A model generated the notes under the pieces. It had not been told where the DNA came from and did not search any database. It saw nothing but the letters and a program-made list of their open reading frames with translations. A stretch of 64,000 nucleotides of DNA from an uncultured Verrucomicrobiae bacterium (lineage in GTDB: Bacteria; Verrucomicrobiota; Verrucomicrobiia; Chthoniobacterales; JAFAMB01), in NCBI GenBank assembly GCA_963846195.1, contig CAWJVG010000015.1:356-64355 (forward strand), given 5' to 3'. Both the position numbers and the translations under genes were made by a program. Positions 57,650 to 64,000 of the stretch are shown here, piece after piece (position 1 is the stretch's first letter; each line of letters begins with the position of its first letter).

Positions 57650-57653
57650 GTTC

Positions 57654-58385
57654 CTAAGAAAGTCCCAAAACATCCCGCATCTCGTACCACCCTGCGGGTT
57701 TGCCAATCAGCCAGTCGGCGGCTCGCAAAGCGCCTTTGGCAAAAGTATCCCTGTTCGACGCACGATGGGTCAATTCGATCCGTTCCCCTGTGCCGGCAAA
57801 ATAGACCGTGTGTTCGCCGACCACATCTCCTCCCCGGACCGCGTGAACGCCAATCTCTCTGCTTGTTCGCTCGCCGACCAGCCCTTCTCTTCCATGCCTT
57901 GCTGCTTGGTCATACTCCAGCGAGCGCGTTCTCGCGATGATTTCGCCGAGCCGTTTCGCCGTTCCGCTGGGCGAATCCTTTTTGAGTCGGTGATGCATTT
58001 CGACGATCTCGGCGTCGAACTCCGGACCCAGGATCTCACTCGCCCTTTCGGTAAGCCAGAAAAGCAAATTGACACCGACACTGAAATTCGGGGTCAATAA
58101 GAGTGCGATTCGCGACGCGTCTGCCCGCAATTTGTCGATTTGATCGATCGAATGTCCCGTCGTTCCGATCACCAAAGGGATTCCATGCGCCGCGCAATGG
58201 GCTGCCATCGCGACAGTACCTTGCGGTTGGCTGACGTCGATTGCCACGTCCCAGGCAGCAACCTCGTCCAGAAAATCCTCTTTTCGGCCGGATACCGAAA
58301 TCTCGTATTCACCGGTCGCCACCGCGAGCCGAACGATCGTCTGCCCCAATCGTCCCTGCCCTCCGTGGACGTGCAGCCGGGTCAT
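57654..58385 (-). CDS. dapB: 4-hydroxy-tetrahydrodipicolinate reductase
   Basis: HGGQGRLGQ N-terminal Rossmann, EMHHRLKKDSPSGTA motif. Confidence 0.9.
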   Translation of the reverse strand: MTRLHVHGGQGRLGQTIVRLAVATGEYEISVSGRKEDFLDEVAAWDVAIDVSQPQGTVAMAAHCAAHGIPLVIGTTGHSIDQIDKLRADASRIALLLTPNFSVGVNLLFWLTERASEILGPEFDAEIVEMHHRLKKDSPSGTAKRLGEIIARTRSLEYDQAARHGREGLVGERTSREIGVHAVRGGDVVGEHTVYFAGTGERIELTHRASNRDTFAKGALRAADWLIGKPAGWYEMRDVLGLS

Positions 58386-59257
58386 ACCAACTTCAGTGCC
58401 GCAATCGTCTCGTGGAGTTTGCTCTGGTTCGCTTTACCAATCTCGCACATAGGCAGCCGGAATTCGTTTTCGATCATTCCCATCAAATACAACGCGGTCT
58501 TCACCGGGATGGGGTTTGATTCGATAAAAAGGTCTTTGAAAAGCTGGAAATAACGGAGGTGTATTTTCAACGCATCTGCGGATCGGCCTGCCTGGAAAAC
58601 ATTGACCATGTCCGCTATTTGTCGAGGAATCACATTGGAAGCCACGCTCACCACGCCGACGGCTCCCACTGCCATGAAAGGTAACGTTAACCCGTCGTCT
58701 CCGGAAAGTATCGTGAACTCCGGAGGAAGAACCTTCCTCAATGCCGAGACGCGTTCCGCCGAGCCTCCCGCTTCCTTGATCGAAACGATGTTCTCGCAAT
58801 CTTTTGCCAGCCGGGCGCACGTCTCCACTCCGATTTCGCCCGCCGTACGACTAGGAACATTGTACAGCATCAATTTCAGAGAGGTTGATTCGGAGATTTT
58901 TTTGTAATGCCGGTAGACTCCCTCCTGAGTGGGCTTGTTGTAATAGGGACTCGCCAGCAGAACTGCATCGACGCCCAGTTTCTCCGCTCCCTGGGTGAGT
59001 TCCACCGCTTCTTGAGTCGAATTTGAACCAGTTCCTGCGATGATCTTGCAACGCCCGCGTGCTTCCTGCACGGCGATTTCGATCACGCGCAGATGCTCGT
59101 CAAAATCGAGCGTGGCAGCCTCGCCGGTAGTTCCTGTTGGGACAATGCCGTCGATGCCATTGTCGATCTGGAATTGGATCAAATTGCGGAACGAGGGTTC
59201 GTCGACTTGACCGTTTTTGAAAGGGGTGACGATGGCTGTGTAGGTGCCTGTAAACAT
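58382..59257 (-). CDS. dapA: 4-hydroxy-tetrahydrodipicolinate synthase
   Basis: GTYTAIVTPF, GTTGEAATL, YNKPTQ and the IKEA active-site Lys. Confidence 0.95.
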   Translation of the reverse strand: MFTGTYTAIVTPFKNGQVDEPSFRNLIQFQIDNGIDGIVPTGTTGEAATLDFDEHLRVIEIAVQEARGRCKIIAGTGSNSTQEAVELTQGAEKLGVDAVLLASPYYNKPTQEGVYRHYKKISESTSLKLMLYNVPSRTAGEIGVETCARLAKDCENIVSIKEAGGSAERVSALRKVLPPEFTILSGDDGLTLPFMAVGAVGVVSVASNVIPRQIADMVNVFQAGRSADALKIHLRYFQLFKDLFIESNPIPVKTALYLMGMIENEFRLPMCEIGKANQSKLHETIAALKLV

Positions 59258-59268
59258 GAATTTGGGGG

Positions 59269-60075
59269 TTACGGAATTTCGATGGAACCTTCAAAGACGA
59301 AGTGGGCGGGACCTTTCAGAGTAACATCCTCGAAGCCCGTCCCGATTCTTTGAAAGCCAACCTCAAGCCAATCTCCCCCGCGCGCCCGAAGGCGCACCGG
59401 AGAGGGTGCATCGTTCAAATCAGCGTAGATCAGTCCAGCCGCGGTCACGCCGGTTCCACAGGCCAGCGTTTCGGCTTCCACACCGCGTTCGTAGGTCCGG
59501 ATTGCTAATTCTCCGGGCTCAATTTCTTTAATAAAATTTGCGTTTGTCCCGTTTGGCTGAAATGCGGGATGATACCGGATTTGCGCTCCCCAATGCTGCA
59601 CCGGCGTCGATTCGATGTCGTCCACGAACGTGACGACATGCGGGACCCCGGTGTTGACCGAATGGGATAAAAGTTTTACGCCGCCGATATCGAGGGTTCG
59701 GCGCAGGACAAAGTCATGCGGCACGCCCATCGTAAGGGTAACGAGATCGCCATCGGCCTGCGCTTGAATAATTCCGGCCGGAGTTTCGAAACGCAGGTCA
59801 GAGAACGCTCCGGTGATCTTGTTGACAAACCGAGTGAAACATCGGGCCCCGTTCCCGCACATCTCCGCTTCACCACCGTCACTGTTGTAATATCGCATCC
59901 GAAAATCGGCTTTACCTGCGGGAGCCTCGACAAGGAGCACCCCGTCCGCGCCGACGCCTCGATGACGGTCACACAAGAAAGCGATCTGGCGCGCCGAAAA
60001 TTTATGGTCACCCGATCGATTGTCGATGAGCACGAAATCGTTCCCGGCACCGTTCATTTTCGTAAACCGAAGCAT
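59269..60075 (-). CDS. dapF: diaminopimelate epimerase
   Basis: FTKMNGAGNDFVLID, MCGNGARC and ACGTG motifs. I chose the MLRFTKM start. Confidence 0.9.
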   Translation of the reverse strand: MLRFTKMNGAGNDFVLIDNRSGDHKFSARQIAFLCDRHRGVGADGVLLVEAPAGKADFRMRYYNSDGGEAEMCGNGARCFTRFVNKITGAFSDLRFETPAGIIQAQADGDLVTLTMGVPHDFVLRRTLDIGGVKLLSHSVNTGVPHVVTFVDDIESTPVQHWGAQIRYHPAFQPNGTNANFIKEIEPGELAIRTYERGVEAETLACGTGVTAAGLIYADLNDAPSPVRLRARGGDWLEVGFQRIGTGFEDVTLKGPAHFVFEGSIEIP

Positions 60076-60187
60076 AACGCTCGCTAACATATGCCCAAAA
60101 GCTACGCAAGCGCCATATCCGATGTAAGCGGCAGCCAGGACCAATTGACAGAATCTGTGGTTCCAAACCGGAACGTTTTTCTCACCC

Positions 60188-61354
60188 TCAAACTCGGGCC
60201 GCGATGATGCATAATTCGGGCGCCCATTTCGACTGCAGCATGCGACGCCATGGCGGCAGGCTATGAGCTTTGCGTCCTTGAAGAAAATCGGAACAGGCAT
60301 CGCTCAGCGTGTCCGAGAAGGCCCTGGCTGCGCGGGTTTCACGGGCGAGGTCGAATGGCAAGGAGTTTAGATTCGCGACGTGTTGATAGCGTCTTACGAA
60401 GTCATCGGAGACGATTTGGTATGTCTGAAGGACGCTTGCCAATGTTTTGGAATCGAGGAACGATCCTTCGCGCTCCAGATGGTTCAGGAGTGAACCGGCG
60501 ATTTCGGATGCCATACGCAGGAGGCCTTTCCCTCGTTGGGCCGGGTCGAGGTTCTGGTGCTTGTGATCATAGTGCATCGCAAGATCAACCTGGCAGATCG
60601 CCTTTGGATCAAGGCTCCGATGTAATTCGCAGAGCGATCCAATTTCGAGTCCCCATCCGCTTTCGATCGGCAAGTTCATCGCGGTATCGAAGCTCATTGA
60701 ATATTCGCCGGAGAGGGGATATCGAAAACTATCGATGAAATCGAGTAGTGGCATGTGTCCCAGCACACGGACCAGTGATCGAACCAGCGGAATGACGAAG
60801 AGCCTGGTAACCCGGCCGAACAGCTCTGCGCGCACTCGGCTGTAGTACCCCTTGCAGAAGTTGTAGCCAAACCGGGCGACCGGGAGTGCAAGGGCCAGCG
60901 GGATGTCCAAAGTGTAGTTTGCGATATCACAATCGTGGATGAGTACCGTTCCGGAAGATTGATTCGCGGCAAGCCATCCGAAAGCGAGCCAGAGATTCAA
61001 TCCTTTGCCGGGATCGAACTGTAATCCCCGGTTCTTGAGTTGCTGTAACAGATTCGGAGAATCATTCCCCAAGACGACGTGCGGCTTCTTTAGTCTGGAC
61101 CAGAACAGCTGCACTTCCCCGATCAGGTGATCCGGAATCCCGTTCATGGACACGACGACGAGCGACAAGAATTTCGCGTCGCCCAGGCGATCGACAATTC
61201 CGCTGAGTGCCGCAGTTCCAATCTCGGCGTAGTGACACGGCAGGACCAGAATGATCGATTCAAGCTCCGGCAATTGATCAAAGCGGTCGATGATGGATCC
61301 ATCCACGAGCCGGTGCAACGTGCTGATCAGACCGTGCTGGAAGAAATCGCTCAT
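60188..61354 (-). CDS. GT81-like glycosyltransferase resembling glucosyl-3-phosphoglycerate synthase
   Basis: VLIHDCDI, PLSGEYS, GWGLEIGSL and CQVDL...YDHKHQNL parallel my memory of GpgS motifs (PLGGEY, GYGVEIGLL, AQVNLG.RAHRN). Confidence 0.55.
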   Translation of the reverse strand: MSDFFQHGLISTLHRLVDGSIIDRFDQLPELESIILVLPCHYAEIGTAALSGIVDRLGDAKFLSLVVVSMNGIPDHLIGEVQLFWSRLKKPHVVLGNDSPNLLQQLKNRGLQFDPGKGLNLWLAFGWLAANQSSGTVLIHDCDIANYTLDIPLALALPVARFGYNFCKGYYSRVRAELFGRVTRLFVIPLVRSLVRVLGHMPLLDFIDSFRYPLSGEYSMSFDTAMNLPIESGWGLEIGSLCELHRSLDPKAICQVDLAMHYDHKHQNLDPAQRGKGLLRMASEIAGSLLNHLEREGSFLDSKTLASVLQTYQIVSDDFVRRYQHVANLNSLPFDLARETRAARAFSDTLSDACSDFLQGRKAHSLPPWRRMLQSKWAPELCIIAARV

Positions 61355-61551
61355 TGGAGATGTTGGCGCAATGTAGCATAGCCCGCAGCCCTCCCACTCG
61401 TCCTCGGACTTGATGCCCGATAGCGAGCGCCATAGTCGGGACAACCCGTCGGCAGGTTCGGATGGAGCCTCACCCCGCAAGAAAAACTCAAATCCAGTTG
61501 CGCCCCGGGGAAAATACCTTATCCCTATGGAGAATATCTACTTTCACTGCT

Positions 61552-63278
61552 ATGGCTGCTAGAAGCGTCGAAGAAATCAAATCCGAGAGTCATGCCTTGC
61601 GAGGTACAATTCAGGAATCTCTTCTCGGGGACGGGTCTCACTTCTCCGACGACGAGTATCAGCTCCTGAAATTCCACGGTACCTATCAGCAGGATGATCG
61701 GGACCAGCGATTGCCGCGGAAAAAGAAGAATCTCGATAAAGCCTGGATGTTCATGGTCCGCTCCAAGCTTCCCGGCGGGGCGTTGAGCGCGCAGCAATAC
61801 CTCGCACACGACCGTATCGCGGGCGACCTGGGCAACGGAACGCTTCGAATTACTACTCGCCAGGGATTTCAGCTGCACGGCGTGCTCAAGGGAGATCTGC
61901 AGGAGTGCATCCGCAGGATCAATGAATCCGGAATCACCACTTGGGGCGCCTGCGGCGATGTCGTCCGGAATACGACAGCTGCGCCTAGCCCGTTCAAAGA
62001 TGAGGCGCATCTCGATGCCCAGCGGCTGGCAAAAGAACTCAGCGACACATTTCTCGCCAAAACGACGGCCTACGCAGAGATTTGGTTGAATGACGAGCAT
62101 CTCAACCGGGAGACGCGAGGATGCCGAGCCAATCTACGGAAAGCTTTATCTGCCCAGGAAGTTCAAGATCGGGATAGCCATTCCACCACGGAACGACATC
62201 GATATTTATACCAACGATCTCGGATTCATTTCCAACGTCGAAAATGGGGTGGTGACCGGTTACACGGTCGTTGCCGGTGGGGGATTCGGGATGACCCACG
62301 GTCAGACCGAGACTTTTCCCGCTCTCGCCAAGCCGTTATTCTATGTTGCTCGGGAACACGCTGTTCAGGCGGCGGTAGCCGTGGTCAGTGCCCAGCGAGA
62401 TTTCGGCAACCGCAATGATCGGAAGCGAGCGCGGCTGAAATATCTGATCGACGAGCGCGGAATCAACTGGTTCCGGGAAGAGGTTGTTAAACGGCTGGAT
62501 GCCCCATACGAACCGGCCAAAGCAGTCCGCTGGGATACCGTGAGCGACGTGTTCGGCTGGCAGGAACAAGGTGACGGGAAGCTGTTCTGTTACCCTGTGG
62601 ATTGAAGAGGGCCGGATCAAGGATACCCAAAAGCGCCAATGGCGGACCGCCTTCCGGACCATTGCCGAGCAATTAGGATTACCAATCCGGCTGACGACCA
62701 ATTGTAACATTATTTTCCACGACATTGATCCAGCCGAGAAGGAGAGGGTCACCGAAATCCTGACGGCGCACGGAATTCCCAAGCCGGAAGATCTGACGGA
62801 AACCAGGCGGCTGGCGCAGGCCTGTGTGGCGCTGCCCACCTGCGGGCTGGCACTGGCTGAAAGCGAAAGGGTGTTCCATCTCGTTCTCGATAAAATCGAC
62901 GACATTTTAAAAGATCTCGAACTATGTGAAGAACCGATCTTGATTCGTATGACCGGTTGTCCGAACGGTTGCGCACGGCCTTACAACGCCGACATCGCCT
63001 TTGTCGGGCGTATGCCGGGCAAGTATGCCCTTTACGTTGGAGGCTCAGTCACCGGGGAGCGGTTAGCCGGACTGCAGGAGAAGACCGTCACACTCGAAGA
63101 GATCCCGGCGCGAGTGCGCGCATTGCTCGAGGAGTTCGTTCAGAATCGCCGGGCTAACGAAACCTTTTCGAACTATTGGGGTCGCACCCATGTGAACGGA
63201 CCGGCGCCAAAACCGGACCAATTTCACGTCGAGTTCGCGCAACGCGAGAACAAAAGTCTGGCCGGCGTAGAGGTTTAA
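61552..63278 (+). pseudogene. assimilatory sulfite reductase hemoprotein (CysI/Sir-type, siroheme 4Fe-4S) with two +1 frame breaks
   Basis: Three colinear fragments: LLKFHGTYQQDDRD...RITTRQGFQLHG; then EPIYGKLYLPRKFKIGIAIPPRNDIDIYTND...VAGGGFGMTH; then TLWIEEGRIKD...ALPTCGLALAESER...MTGCPNGCARPY. The length is 3n+2. Breaks are near 62100-62120 and 62588. Confidence 0.85.
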
Positions 63279-63313
63279 TTGACCGATCGGCGAAATCCCG
63301 TTACAGGGGTGGC

Positions 63314-63406
63314 ATGGGTAAGCAACACAACAAGGTCGAAAAACGCCGTCGCCGTTTGAACTATCTGAAGCGCAAACGGACTTCTACAAAGCCGGTCAAG
63401 GAGTAA
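63314..63406 (+). CDS. candidate small, highly basic protein (30 aa)
   Basis: [30 protein letters not shown]. The ATG is preceded by aggggtggc, and the stop is followed at once by a 17 bp hairpin. Confidence 0.35.
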   Translation: MGKQHNKVEKRRRRLNYLKRKRTSTKPVKE

Positions 63407-63409
63407 ACC

Positions 63410-63456
63410 AAGCGTCCCGCTTTGCCCAGGTCCAGGAAAGGCAAAGCGGGACGCTT
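63410..63456. terminator. Perfect 17 bp-stem hairpin formed by two inverted GCAAAGCG-family modules (possible terminator)
   Basis: aagcgtcccgctttgcc (63410-63426) pairs with ggcaaagcgggacgctt (63440-63456), with a 13 nt loop and no U tract. Confidence 0.5.
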
Positions 63457-63482
63457 TGCTTACTAGAAGTCTGGAGCGGAAT

Positions 63483-64000
63483 ATGCCTCAACCAGTGATG
63501 CTGATTATTCGGGACGGATGGGGGATTAATCCTCATGGCCGGCAATTTGCGGAAGCGGACGGCAACGCGACGCTTCTGGCCAAAACGCCCTATCACGACT
63601 ATCTCTACCGGACTTATCCGGGTAGTAGTCTGAGCGCCAGCGGGATGGACGTTGGATTGCCCGACGGCCAGATGGGGAATTCGGAGGTTGGACACCTCAA
63701 TCTCGGCGCTGGAAGAATCGTTTACCAGGATTTCACCCGGATCAACAAAGCGATCTTCGACGGAGAGTTGGCCACCAATCCGGTGATCCGCGAAGCGTTT
63801 AATTCTGCCAGATCGTCCCGGCTCCATTTCATCGGGCTGCTTTCGGACGGCGGCGTCCATAGTCACCAGCGACCATTTGATTGCTTTGGCCAAAGAAGCC
63901 TCAAATTTCGGGGTCAAGGACATTTTGATTCATGCGATCACTGACGGGCGCGATACGTCGCCGACCGGCGGAGCCGAATATTTGTGCACCGTACGGGATG
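63483..64000 (+). pseudogene. gpmI: 2,3-bisphosphoglycerate-independent phosphoglycerate mutase; 3-prime end outside the window; one +1 frame break near 63870
   Basis: [24 protein letters not shown] and [10 protein letters not shown]. After an extra base, [31 protein letters not shown] continues in the next frame. Confidence 0.85.

Noticed and set aside
1-64000. tRNA, rRNA, tmRNA, RNase P or riboswitch elements in the larger gaps (for example 13968-14264, 15213-15434, 28096-28384, 52999-53389, 61355-61551)
   Set aside because: I found no cloverleaf-like T-arm or anticodon patterns and no consensus cores I could recognise by eye. This is a weak negative, and a covariance-model scan should be run.

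Overview
Mostly housekeeping chromosomal DNA from a moderately GC-rich bacterium. My impression is PVC or Verrucomicrobiota-like, judged only from gene content and the style of the intergenic repeats, with no database search. All product calls come from reading the supplied translations for family motifs.

Recognisable content, in order:
- a frame-broken RND efflux operon
- an RRM RNA-binding protein and infA
- a Tat-exported metallophosphoesterase
- a DUF5069/DUF2270 pair
- a Doc-like toxin-antitoxin pair
- msrPQ
- a glycogen block (PfkB kinase, glgB, pgm, glgC)
- a complete Rbs-type sugar ABC system, plus a second permease and binding-protein pair with no ATPase
- assorted redox and hydrolase genes
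- one intact IS630-family insertion with TA duplication
- a cinA, SirB1-like, rsfS, nadD operon
- nagZ, holA, uvrB
- acpP...accA
- panB-folK and dapB-dapA-dapF
- a GpgS-like glycosyltransferase, a sulfite reductase and gpmI

I saw no tRNA, rRNA, CRISPR array, prophage or recognisable defence island.

Two things are unusual:
1. Intergenic spacers, often the whole gap between co-directional genes, are filled by several families of palindromic or short-period repeats. These include:
   - a roughly 300 bp MITE-like element in two inverted copies whose arms show compensatory changes
   - an 8 bp-stem REP-like hairpin present at least 10 times
   - a GAGGAC/GATTACGA-armed element
   - heptamer arrays
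   - a 1.5 kb ORF-free repeat island with an AT-rich core
2. There are 13 reading-frame breaks in six genes. All are net +1 base gains, and they cluster at the two ends of the window. This could be an assembly artefact or real gene decay.

I also flag several degenerate-active-site proteins and unannotated small ORFs. I did not find a convincing novel multi-gene protein system. The repeat architecture is the best candidate for something undescribed.
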